DNA of 61,244 nt. It comes from Gemmatimonadota bacterium (lineage in GTDB: Bacteria; Gemmatimonadota; Gemmatimonadetes; Longimicrobiales; Gaopeijiaceae). Position 1 is the stretch's first letter. Each line of letters begins with the position of its first letter. Below, piece by piece: positions 1 through 8,454 of this stretch. The position numbers were made by a program, and so were the translations under genes. The stretch lies in assembly GCA_039589315.1 (NCBI GenBank), contig JBDHHQ010000019.1, positions 1 through 61,244 of the forward strand. Direction: 5' to 3'. Below the pieces are notes generated by a model, which saw only the letters and a list, made by a program, of their open reading frames with translations, had not been told where the DNA came from and did not search any database.

Positions 1-86
1 GGGGCGAAGCCACGGCCGTCGGGATCGCGCTCCGACCAGTAGAAAGACCGTAGCTCCCGGACCTCGCGTTCGAGGGAATCAGTCAC
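1..86 (-). CDS. 5' part of a gene running off the window edge, probably a TPR-type protein
   Basis: Minus-strand GTG at 86 opens MTDSLEREVRELRSFYWSERDPDGRGFA..., open to the window edge and divergent from 431..2269. The product call is from recalled resemblance only. Confidence 0.5.
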   Translation of the reverse strand, partial: MTDSLEREVRELRSFYWSERDPDGRGFA

Positions 87-430
87 AGCCACACACCACG
101 CTCGGGAGATGGGAGAGAGGACGAACCGCCCGATACTTCAGACGTTTAGGCAAGATATGTGGAGGCCGGAAAGTGTGTCAACGCAACCTGTTCCGTCTCC
201 GCGCGCGGCCCCCGTCTCAGGCGGCTCGGACAACCCCATGGACGGATTGGGACACCGAAAGGAAACGCGACGATCCGGCGTAGGAAACGACCAGCACGCC
301 GGTTGAGACGCACAACCGCAGGGGTTAGCTTTTCTGGTCTGTCCAGCCGCGTTTGCGCGGACGGCTGGCGAGGCCCGGACTGGGTCCGTCGCGAACCCCG
401 AGATGAACTCCGTGGGAGGAGTAGCCGGTC

Positions 431-2269
431 ATGGTGATGCGCCAAATGAGGGCGAACACGAAGTGGATCATGCTGGTGACGGCTTTGGCCTTCGTTGCGC
501 TCATGGTCTTCGAGTGGGGGATGGACATCACCGGGCAGAGCGCCGGGAGCCTCGGCGAGCTGGGGCGGGTGGACGGCACGCCCGTGATGTACGACGACTG
601 GGTCACGGTGCGCCAGAATCTCTACGACCAGGTTCAACGCACCCAGGAGGAGCCGGTGACGTCGCAGCAGAACAAGGAGATCGAAGAGGCGGCGTGGGAG
701 CAGCTCATCAGCCAGGTCCTGATCCGCAACGAGCTCGCCCGGCGCGGTATCGTGGTGACGGACGACGAAGTCCGGCAGGCCGCCCAGTTCAGCCCGCCCC
801 CGGAGTTCCGCTCCAATCCTGCCTTCATGACGGACGGGCAGTTCGACCTCCAGAAGTACCAGAGCTTCCTTTCGAATCCGAGCCTCGACAACCTACTTCT
901 TCTCCAGCTCGAGGCCTACTACCGGGACGGCCTGACCCAGCAGAAGCTCTACCAGCAGGTCACCGCGGGGATCTACGTGCCCGACGCCCAGCTCTGGGAG
1001 GCGTGGAAGGATGACAACGAGCAGGTGCAGGTCCGCTTCCTGAGCGTGAATCCGAATCAGCTGACGGCGGACGAGGACGTCGCGGTCTCCGAGGCGGAAA
1101 TCGAGGACTACTACGATGAGAACCGCGAGGAGTTCGCCATTCCGGCCACGGCCGCGGTGAAGATCGCCGTGCTGGAAAAGGCGCCGCTGGCCGCCGATAC
1201 CGCTGCGGCTCTCGAACGCGCCCAGGCGCTCCGTGAGGAGATCGTGGGTGGCGCGGACTTCGCGGAGGTGGCGGAGCGGGAGTCCCAGGACGAGGCCACC
1301 GCGCCCCTGGGAGGAGACCTGGGGACGTTCGGACGCGGACAGATGGTCGCGGCCTTCGATTCCGCGGCCTTCAGCGCCCCTGTGGGAGAGGTCACCGAGC
1401 CCGTGCTCAGCTCGTTCGGCTTTCACGTGATCGAGGTGCTGGAGCGGTCCGCTGATTCCGTCCACGCTCGGCACGTGTTGGTGAACGTCGACCGCACGGA
1501 CGACTCTGAGATCGCGATGCTCACGATGGCCGATTCGCTGGAGGCGCTCGGCGAGACCCGATCCCTGGACGAGGCCGCCGCCGAGCTGGGGCTGGAGGCT
1601 CGGGAGGTCCAGGTTTCCGAGACCTTCGCTTTCGTTCCCGGGCCGGGCCAGGTCTCGGAGGGCGCCGACTGGGCATTGGAGGAGGCGCTCCCCGGCGAGG
1701 TGAGCCCCGTGTTCGAGAACCGACAGGCGTTCTACGCCATGGAGCTGGTGTCCATGGAGGAGGCGGGCTACCTCCCCCTCCAGGACGCCAGTGTTGCCAT
1801 CGAGCAGACGATCCGTCAGGACAAGAAGCTCCGGCTGGCTCTGGATCAGGCCGGGGCGCTGGCCCAGAGGGCGCTGGGCGGTGAGGACCTCGAGGCCATC
1901 GCGCAGGAGACCGGACACGACTTGCGTCTGACGGAGCTCTTCGCCCGCAACGACTTCGTGGCTGGGCTAGGCAGGCAGAACGCCGCGATCGGTGCCGCCT
2001 TCGGCCTGGACCGGGGAGAGATCAGCGAGCCCGTGGAGGCCGTGGGCAACGCCGTGATCCTCCAGATGATCCAACGCACCTCCGTGGACCGTGAGGCCTG
2101 GGAGGCGCAGAAGGAGGACCAGCGGATGGCGGCACGCACACTCATCCAGCAGCGACGGGTGCAGGACTGGTTGGCTGGGCTCCGCGAGAATGCCTCCGTG
2201 GTGGACCGCCGTGAGGCGGTGCTCCAGCCCGCCGACGAGACCGGACCCAACATCCCCCTGGTCTTCTAG
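431..2269 (+). CDS. PpiD/SurA-family peptidyl-prolyl isomerase and periplasmic chaperone
   Basis: N-terminal membrane anchor, SurA-N-like region, parvulin/rotamase motifs (DFAEVAERESQD...GGDLG, FGFHVIEV), GGAGG RBS upstream. Confidence 0.9.
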   Translation: MVMRQMRANTKWIMLVTALAFVALMVFEWGMDITGQSAGSLGELGRVDGTPVMYDDWVTVRQNLYDQVQRTQEEPVTSQQNKEIEEAAWEQLISQVLIRNELARRGIVVTDDEVRQAAQFSPPPEFRSNPAFMTDGQFDLQKYQSFLSNPSLDNLLLLQLEAYYRDGLTQQKLYQQVTAGIYVPDAQLWEAWKDDNEQVQVRFLSVNPNQLTADEDVAVSEAEIEDYYDENREEFAIPATAAVKIAVLEKAPLAADTAAALERAQALREEIVGGADFAEVAERESQDEATAPLGGDLGTFGRGQMVAAFDSAAFSAPVGEVTEPVLSSFGFHVIEVLERSADSVHARHVLVNVDRTDDSEIAMLTMADSLEALGETRSLDEAAAELGLEAREVQVSETFAFVPGPGQVSEGADWALEEALPGEVSPVFENRQAFYAMELVSMEEAGYLPLQDASVAIEQTIRQDKKLRLALDQAGALAQRALGGEDLEAIAQETGHDLRLTELFARNDFVAGLGRQNAAIGAAFGLDRGEISEPVEAVGNAVILQMIQRTSVDREAWEAQKEDQRMAARTLIQQRRVQDWLAGLRENASVVDRREAVLQPADETGPNIPLVF

Positions 2270-2289
2270 CTCGTCGGAACCGATCCGGC

Positions 2290-2343
2290 GAAGACGCGAC
2301 GGGGCCGGCGCCCAGGTAGGATCGCCGGCCCCGTCGCGTCTTC
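2290..2343. terminator. 21-bp perfect stem-loop between convergent genes, probable bidirectional terminator
   Basis: GAAGACGCGACGGGGCCGGCG (2290-2310) is the exact reverse complement of 2323-2343, with a 12-nt loop. No long U tract. Confidence 0.65.
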
Positions 2344-2373
2344 TGGTCTACCCCAGCGCTACGCGCCGAGAGC

Positions 2374-2616
2374 TCAGGTGCCACCGGAGAGCTTCTTGGG
2401 CTCCCGATCCTCTTCCACCTGGTCCGAGTCCGAGGGACCCGAGTGGGGCTCCACGGGCTTCTTGAGCTCGGTTTCGATCTCACGGACCGAGCTCTTGAAT
2501 TCCCGAATCCCCTTGCCGAGGGAAGACCCGATCTCCGGCAGCCGCTTCGCCCCGAAGAGGAGCAGCACCACGAGGAAGATCAGGATCAGCTCCCCCATTC
2601 CCAATCCGAAGGGCAT
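2374..2616 (-). CDS. tatA: Twin-arginine translocase subunit TatA/E
   Basis: GMGELILIFLVVLLLFGAKRLPEIGSSLGKGIREFK signature; GGAGGT RBS. Confidence 0.95.
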   Translation of the reverse strand: MPFGLGMGELILIFLVVLLLFGAKRLPEIGSSLGKGIREFKSSVREIETELKKPVEPHSGPSDSDQVEEDREPKKLSGGT

Positions 2617-2705
2617 GACGGACTACCTCCGATTCCTGGTGTCGCGCCCGATGGACTTCATCGGGAAACGGTGTTTGGGCCCGTCCATTCCGTCTGCGAC
2701 ACCAG

Positions 2706-2984
2706 CTAGATCCAGGACCGGACGACGAACGCGACGATGGCGATCCCCACGAGGGTCAACACGTTCAGCGTGAAGACCAGGGGGCCGATCGTGAAGGTGA
2801 CGGCCACGAGATCGATGGAAAACGGCCCGATCGACGCCGCCACCGAAGTCGTCAGGAAGTCGCGGGCGGCGCTGTCGGGAAGAAACAACACCGAAAGCTT
2901 GGTAAAAAGTCCGCCCAGGAAAAGACCCAGTACCAACGTCCAGACGAATCGGGTCGCGCTTCTACGCCTCGTATCCGTCAGCAT
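2706..2984 (-). CDS. Small two-TM membrane protein, DUF4321-like
   Basis: 92 aa with two hydrophobic segments and an IGP.SIDL...F.IGP pattern recalled for DUF4321. Confidence 0.65.
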   Translation of the reverse strand: MLTDTRRRSATRFVWTLVLGLFLGGLFTKLSVLFLPDSAARDFLTTSVAASIGPFSIDLVAVTFTIGPLVFTLNVLTLVGIAIVAFVVRSWI

Positions 2985-3045
2985 TCCCGGGCACTACCCT
3001 CGATCGGATCGGCCATCGGCTGCTCTCGGATCACGGCCGGCGGAC

Positions 3046-4050
3046 CTATCGGCTCCGCCCGATGGCGTACCCGACCGCCCCGGAGAGAGCCTCGAGGGCA
3101 TCGCCATCCGGAAGGCCGTCGAGGGCCGCCTCGGCCAACTCGGCGAAGCTGCCCGCCCGCGCCCGAGCGTACTCGAGCCCGCCCCGCTGGGCCACGATCT
3201 CGATGATGTGCGAGATCTCGTCGTCCGTCGGGTCCACGCGGGAGAAGAAGCGTTGAATCTCCCGGGTCTCGACCGCCGAGGTTCGCTTCAGTGCGCCGAC
3301 GAGCGGAAGCGTGACCTTGCGCTCTCTCAGGTCGTGACCCGTCGGCTTGCCGGTGACGGCCTCGCTGCCGGTATAGTCCAACAGGTCGTCGGCGATCTGG
3401 AACGCCATCCCCAGGTTGTGGCCGAAGCGCGCGAGGGGCTCGCGGAGCCGATCGTCGCCGACGAGCGCGCCGAGCTCGCACGCCGCCGCCATGAGCGATG
3501 CGGTCTTTGCCGCGATCAACCGGTAGTAGTCCTCCTCGCCGAAGTCCAACGCGTCATAGGAGGTGAGTTGGCGCATCTCCCCTACGCTCATGGCGTTGGC
3601 CGCTGAAGCCAGCACACCGACCGCATCCAGGCTACCCACACGCGCCATTTCCGTCACGGCCCGGCTGTACAGGTAGTCGCCCATGATCACGGCCACCTGG
3701 TGGGTCCACAGCGCGTTCACCGTGGGCTGACCGCGCCGGAGAAAGGAGTGATCCACGGCATCGTCGTGAATCAGCGTGGCCAGGTGAATCATCTCGACGA
3801 CGGCGGCAACGGGCACCGCTCGGTCGTCGGGCCGCCCACCCACTTCGTTGGACAGGAGGAGCAACGTCGGGCGGAAGAGCTTGCCCCGCATGAGCAGGAG
3901 GTATTCGTTCACCTCCTCGATCCGACCGAAGTCCGAGACCACCATCCGCCTGAGCTCTTCCAGAACCCGCCCCAACCGTTGGCTGACGGGCGCCTGGATC
4001 TCGGCGAGCTCCCGTGGCGGCGTGCTCGAGACCGCTCCAGGATTCGTCAT
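3046..4050 (-). CDS. Polyprenyl diphosphate synthase (IspB/HepT type)
   Basis: GKLFRP motif, FARM HDDAVD...RRG, SARM FQIADDLLD, and KT motif. Confidence 0.95.
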   Translation of the reverse strand: MTNPGAVSSTPPRELAEIQAPVSQRLGRVLEELRRMVVSDFGRIEEVNEYLLLMRGKLFRPTLLLLSNEVGGRPDDRAVPVAAVVEMIHLATLIHDDAVDHSFLRRGQPTVNALWTHQVAVIMGDYLYSRAVTEMARVGSLDAVGVLASAANAMSVGEMRQLTSYDALDFGEEDYYRLIAAKTASLMAAACELGALVGDDRLREPLARFGHNLGMAFQIADDLLDYTGSEAVTGKPTGHDLRERKVTLPLVGALKRTSAVETREIQRFFSRVDPTDDEISHIIEIVAQRGGLEYARARAGSFAELAEAALDGLPDGDALEALSGAVGYAIGRSR

Positions 4051-4131
4051 CGCTCCGGTCGTCGGGTGCGGCTCCGGGGCTTGGACGGCTCCGCAGTGGG
4101 GGTTGCCTGCATGGGGTCGAGCTCGGTGGAG

Positions 4132-6753
4132 TTACCGGAGCACCCGCAAGCGCTCCGTGACGTCCTGGAAGTTGATGTCCAGCGCGAACACTTTTTCGTA
4201 GAACTCCAAGGCCTCGTCCTTGTTCCCGAGTTCCTCGTGTGCGCGGGCCAACTGATAGTAGATGCCCAGGAACTCGTCTTCCACATCCGCTCCCGCATCC
4301 ACGGCCCTGTTCATCGATCGGACGGCCACCTCGTACTGCTCCGTCTCCATGAAACACTGCCCCAGGAGCTCATGGGTGGGCAAGTGATCGGCCTGTGCCC
4401 GAAGGGCCTGCTGGAACTCCGAGATAGCCTCGTCGACCAGCCCCATCTCCTTGTAGGCGGTGCCGAGGTCGTAGTGGGCGGCCAGGTCGTCGGCCTCGAG
4501 GTGCTCCGCCACCTTCTCCTTGAACTGGCTGAGCATCCTGGCGAAGTCCGCCTCTTCGTCGCCCGACGGCTCGGCGGCCGGCACCTTCCAGCGGGTGGTT
4601 CGCTCTTCCTCGACGTCGAGGACCATGGACCCCAGATCCACGTAGTCCTCCGATGACGCCACTTCCCGGACGGGAGCGCCGGGTGAGGCGGCCAGCACGT
4701 CCAGGCCTTCCCGAGCGACGCGGTTTTCAGGGTCGCTGACCAGCACCTGCTCGTAGACCCCCTGGGCCCGGGCGTCCTCGCCGGTCCGCACCAGGCATGC
4801 GGCGAGCCCCAGGTAGGCGGGAGTGAGCACCTCCGGGTCGTTACTGCGGATGGCGAGCTCGACCAGCCTCTGGTGGTACTGGACGCGGTCCGGTTCATTC
4901 CAGACGAGCATCTGGACGGCCTGGAGCGAGCCGTCCAGGTCATCCCGACTGCGGAATCCGTCGAGGGCCTGTTCGAGGGCCATGCCAGCTTCGGTGTTCC
5001 GGTCCCGGGCGTAGAACTCCTGCGCCAGCGCCAGCCAGGTCCCTGCGTCGTCCGGATCCTCCTCCAGGCGCTCCTGCAGCGCGGCTACCTGGTCCCTACC
5101 GTCGTCGAGCGCGACGGCGGGCTCCTCCTCGTGGAGGGCTTCCTCGAGAATCCGCTCCTCTTCAGCAAGGAACTCTTCGACGGCCCGCGCGTCCTCGGTC
5201 AGGATCTCCTGAGCGGCCGACTCGTGCGCAGCCTGGTCGGCAATCGGGTCCGCCGCCTCCTCCGCAACGGGCTCCTCCTCGCTCAGGGCCAGCTCCAGAG
5301 GCGACTCCTCCTCGACCTCGAGGCCCGTGAGACCGCCCTCCTCGGGCTCCTGGTCCTCGGAGCCCTCCCTCTCGACTTCCAGCTCGGCCAGCCCCGCCTC
5401 CAGCTCGGGCAGCTCTTCGGCCGCCTCGACATACTCGCGGTCGCTCCGCCACTCGTCGTCGGGCACCCCGAAGTCGGTGACCCCGAGCTGGTCTCCACTG
5501 TCCACCGGCGGCTCGTCGTCGAACGTCAGGAGTGGCAGGTCCTCCAGCTCCTCGTCGTCGCCCGACTCGGTGGGGAGGTCGTCAGCGGGGGGCGTCTCGG
5601 CCACGGCCTCCTCGCCACTCCACTGACCATCCCATGACGCGGCCGTTTCGATCTTGAGATCGTCGCCGGCGCCGTCCGTGTCCTCGGTATCCCCGAACAG
5701 CAGCTCGGCGGTGGGCTCGGGGACGGCAGAGTCGGCTTCCTCCGCGAAGTAGGACCGATCCCGCTCGAGTCCATCGAGCGCCTCGGCCTCGGACACGTGC
5801 TCCTCGTCCGCGGTGAGGGCGAGGTCGGACGGCCCGTCGCCGAGGGTGTTCTCGGCTTCGTCATCGATCCGCTCCGAGTCCAGCGGCGCGAAGCTGCCGG
5901 TCGCCACCGTGTACTCCAGCTCGAGCTCCTCGGCCTGGTGTGCGCCCTCCTCCTCGGTGAGCGAAGGGGCCTTCGGCGCTTCGTCTACCTCTTCCGAGGC
6001 CAGCTGGATCTCACCGAAACGAGCTTCGACGCCTTCGACCTCCTCCTCCGCGGCCTCGGTCTCGAAGACGGGGAAGTCCGCCACCAAAGAGGTCGTCTCG
6101 AAGCCCATCACGTCGTCGTCGTCGGAGTGAGGCGGCGGAATCTCGGCGGCGGGCTCCAGCTCTCGTATCCTGGCCTCGACTTCGGCAGCGGCTTCATCCC
6201 GGCCGGCGAGGGAGAGTTGCTGGTGCACCGCGACGTACTGCTCCACGGCCTCGGCCGTGCGTTCGTGGGCGGCGAGCTGCGCCGCCAGGACGGAGCGGGC
6301 CTCCCTGTCGTGTGGCGCGAGCTCCACGAACTCGATGAGCGCGCGGAAGGCCTCCTCCATGTCCTCGGCCTTCTGCATGCGCTCCGCATACTCCAGGAAG
6401 TTCTGACGGGCGTCGGTCAGGAACCCCTGCCTTGCCCTGATCTGACCCATCTTCAGGTAGATGTGATGACGGGTGGGCAGGTTCCGAACGATCTTCCTGC
6501 AGATCGCGATCGCGTTGTTGGGAAGCTCCGACTCGAGGTACAGGTCGATGGCCTGTTCGTAGTGCTCTATGGCCCGTTCGATGTTGCCGACCCGGATCTC
6601 CAGGTCCCCGAGCCGGTTGTAGAGCGCCAGGTCGGGCTGGTCATTCTCGGCGAGGCGGTCGACGGCCTGCCCGTAGAGGTCGAGGGCCTTTTGCCACTCT
6701 TCGCGCTGCTCGTGACGGCGGGCCTGTTCTTTGAGAGCTTCCGTGTTCATCAC
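4132..6753 (-). CDS. Large TPR protein with long acidic linker (SgmX-like architecture)
   Basis: N-terminal TPR array, E/D/A-rich middle, C-terminal HYDLGTAYKEMGLVDEAISEFQQA TPR module. Confidence 0.8.
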   Translation of the reverse strand: MMNTEALKEQARRHEQREEWQKALDLYGQAVDRLAENDQPDLALYNRLGDLEIRVGNIERAIEHYEQAIDLYLESELPNNAIAICRKIVRNLPTRHHIYLKMGQIRARQGFLTDARQNFLEYAERMQKAEDMEEAFRALIEFVELAPHDREARSVLAAQLAAHERTAEAVEQYVAVHQQLSLAGRDEAAAEVEARIRELEPAAEIPPPHSDDDDVMGFETTSLVADFPVFETEAAEEEVEGVEARFGEIQLASEEVDEAPKAPSLTEEEGAHQAEELELEYTVATGSFAPLDSERIDDEAENTLGDGPSDLALTADEEHVSEAEALDGLERDRSYFAEEADSAVPEPTAELLFGDTEDTDGAGDDLKIETAASWDGQWSGEEAVAETPPADDLPTESGDDEELEDLPLLTFDDEPPVDSGDQLGVTDFGVPDDEWRSDREYVEAAEELPELEAGLAELEVEREGSEDQEPEEGGLTGLEVEEESPLELALSEEEPVAEEAADPIADQAAHESAAQEILTEDARAVEEFLAEEERILEEALHEEEPAVALDDGRDQVAALQERLEEDPDDAGTWLALAQEFYARDRNTEAGMALEQALDGFRSRDDLDGSLQAVQMLVWNEPDRVQYHQRLVELAIRSNDPEVLTPAYLGLAACLVRTGEDARAQGVYEQVLVSDPENRVAREGLDVLAASPGAPVREVASSEDYVDLGSMVLDVEEERTTRWKVPAAEPSGDEEADFARMLSQFKEKVAEHLEADDLAAHYDLGTAYKEMGLVDEAISEFQQALRAQADHLPTHELLGQCFMETEQYEVAVRSMNRAVDAGADVEDEFLGIYYQLARAHEELGNKDEALEFYEKVFALDINFQDVTERLRVLR

Positions 6754-7057
6754 ATCTCACGCGATCCATGCCGTGGCGTGTTCCGGGCGGTCCCCTGGGA
6801 CACACCACTACGGAGCCCGTCGTACCCACCGCGGAAAGCGGTCGGGGCCAACCGGGCACGGCTTCCTCATTTCAACGGTATCGGTCAGCCGGCCCCGACG
6901 CTCAAGGCCCGCAGGGAGACCTCACTGCGTCCGCGAAGGCCTCCCGGAGCGGGATCGATCAGGCAGGGGGGGAGCCCCGGAGACGGGGGAAGCCACTCGA
7001 CGGGCGGCAAGATAAGGGTACCTCGAGGGTGGGACAAGCAACGAAACGCCCACGGTC

Positions 7058-7110
7058 AAAGGCGTTCACGCCGGTCCCGGAGCTCGCCCCCGGGGCCGGC
7101 GCGAACGCCT
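7058..7110 (-). terminator. Long GC hairpin just downstream of the FN3 lipoprotein gene
   Basis: AGGCGTTC...GAACGCCT closes a stem of about 20 bp (one G-U, one mismatch) followed by TTTG on the minus strand. Confidence 0.55.
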
Positions 7111-7125
7111 GCCACCGACGGGCCC

Positions 7126-8238
7126 TCAGCTCCCGGGAACCAGCTCTGGGTTCCCCGGTTGGAGCTGATAGGACCAGTCGAAGATCATGAGGGCCGCGTC
7201 CGTCTGGTCGAACCCCAGCAGCGCGACGCGAACCGCGCCATAGTGGATCTGGCCGTCGTCACCTACGACCCGCATGGCGTAGGTGAGCTCCGGGGCCACG
7301 AAAACCGCTGCCGTGGTGTACCCCGCCGGGGGTGCGACCGACAGGTCCTGGCATCCCGTGTCCGCCGCCACACCACACCTGAGAGCTGTCGTGAACACGC
7401 CCTCGATGGTGATCTCGGCACCCGGCCCCGGGACGATCCACCAGCCGAAGCCGTCGGACTCGACCCGGAAGTGCCGCAGCGGCGAGTCACCGGGCACCAC
7501 CGGATCGGAAAGCTCCGTGGACTGGAACCTGAACCCGGACACGGCAGGCACGTCTTCGTAGGCGTACACGAGCTCACCGTGGAAGTCGGGCCTGGGCGTT
7601 CCCGAGGCCGTCGCGCTCGCCCCGCTCTCGTGGCCATCCACGTCCACCGACGTCACGAAGTACGTATAGGTGGTCCCGTTGCTCACGAGCTGGTCGACGA
7701 AACCCTCCGAGTCGGTCTCACCAAGGAGGAAGTCCCCGGACGGATCGGCGAGGTAGATGCGGTAGAACGAGAAGTCATCGACAGCCCGGGCGTTCGCGTC
7801 CCAGCGGACATAGGCGGTACCGTCCAGTGCTACGACGTCTACGCCCAAGGGCGCGGGAGGCGGCGTCGCCACCGGAACGAAGATCTCGATCTCGCCGGAC
7901 GCGGCCTCCAGTCCCTCCAAGGACACGGCCGAGACGAAGTATCGGTAGCTGATGCCGCCCACCACGTTTACGTCCGTATAGGTGCAGAAGCCGCCTGCGC
8001 AGCTCGTCACCTCGGCGATCAGGAAGAAATCGGCGTCCGTGGTCCGCTTGCCGTAGACGCGGAACGACTCGCCGTTCCAATCGGGATGGAGCTCCCACGT
8101 CAGGATCACGGAGCCGGCCTGGTAGAATCCGTCCAGAGACCGAGGCGGAGCCGGGTCGGCTACCACCACCACCGTGTCACTCCTGCACGCCGCTGTCACC
8201 AGGCTGAGCGCTAGCGCTCCCAGAAGCCACCTTCGCAT
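7126..8238 (-). CDS. Lipoprotein with two fibronectin type III-like repeats and an unknown C-terminal domain
   Basis: Start reassigned to ATG 8238 (GGAGGTAGG RBS). MRRWLLGALALSLVTAAC lipobox; two repeats of P..P..L...W...F.(V/I)Y...Y.YFV.(A/S)V. Confidence 0.8.
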   Translation of the reverse strand: MRRWLLGALALSLVTAACRSDTVVVVADPAPPRSLDGFYQAGSVILTWELHPDWNGESFRVYGKRTTDADFFLIAEVTSCAGGFCTYTDVNVVGGISYRYFVSAVSLEGLEAASGEIEIFVPVATPPPAPLGVDVVALDGTAYVRWDANARAVDDFSFYRIYLADPSGDFLLGETDSEGFVDQLVSNGTTYTYFVTSVDVDGHESGASATASGTPRPDFHGELVYAYEDVPAVSGFRFQSTELSDPVVPGDSPLRHFRVESDGFGWWIVPGPGAEITIEGVFTTALRCGVAADTGCQDLSVAPPAGYTTAAVFVAPELTYAMRVVGDDGQIHYGAVRVALLGFDQTDAALMIFDWSYQLQPGNPELVPGS

Positions 8239-8278
8239 CGTCCTACCTCCGTTCGAGCTCGGCACCGATCGTCCTCCA

Positions 8279-8294
8279 TGCAGGAGGCGTACCG
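8279..8294 (-). promoter_or_regulatory. Putative sigma-54 (-24/-12) promoter
   Basis: Minus strand CGGTACGCCTCCTGCA has GG-N10-GC spacing, about 40 nt upstream of the lipoprotein ATG. Confidence 0.45.
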
Positions 8295-8454
8295 CGACGG
8301 GATTCCCCGCTACGCAAGGGATTTCCGGCGATTGGCCGCCCCGATTGTCCTCTGGAGAGGACGAGCCCCCCGGACAAGCGCCCCGGCCGCGATCCGCACC
8401 GGGCAGATGCGGCACTCCGGGCACAAGGCGTGTTGCCTGGCTGCCGCTTCGGCT

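Noticed and set aside
5100..6150. Repetitive CTC/GTC-rich DNA suggesting a tandem repeat or CRISPR array
   Set aside because: It encodes the Glu/Asp-rich linker. There is no fixed repeat-spacer periodicity.
6879..6906. Possible sigma-28 promoter (ACCGATA) upstream of the large TPR gene
   Set aside because: The -35 position reads CTTGAG rather than TAAA/TCAAG, so support is too weak.
5797..8214. 805-aa plus-strand ORF, and similar long plus-strand ORFs (9553..11145, 23610..25217, 36738..38306, 42669..44480, 46297..48396)
   Set aside because: They lie antisense to well-supported genes and have no motifs. Such shadow ORFs are expected from high-GC codon bias.
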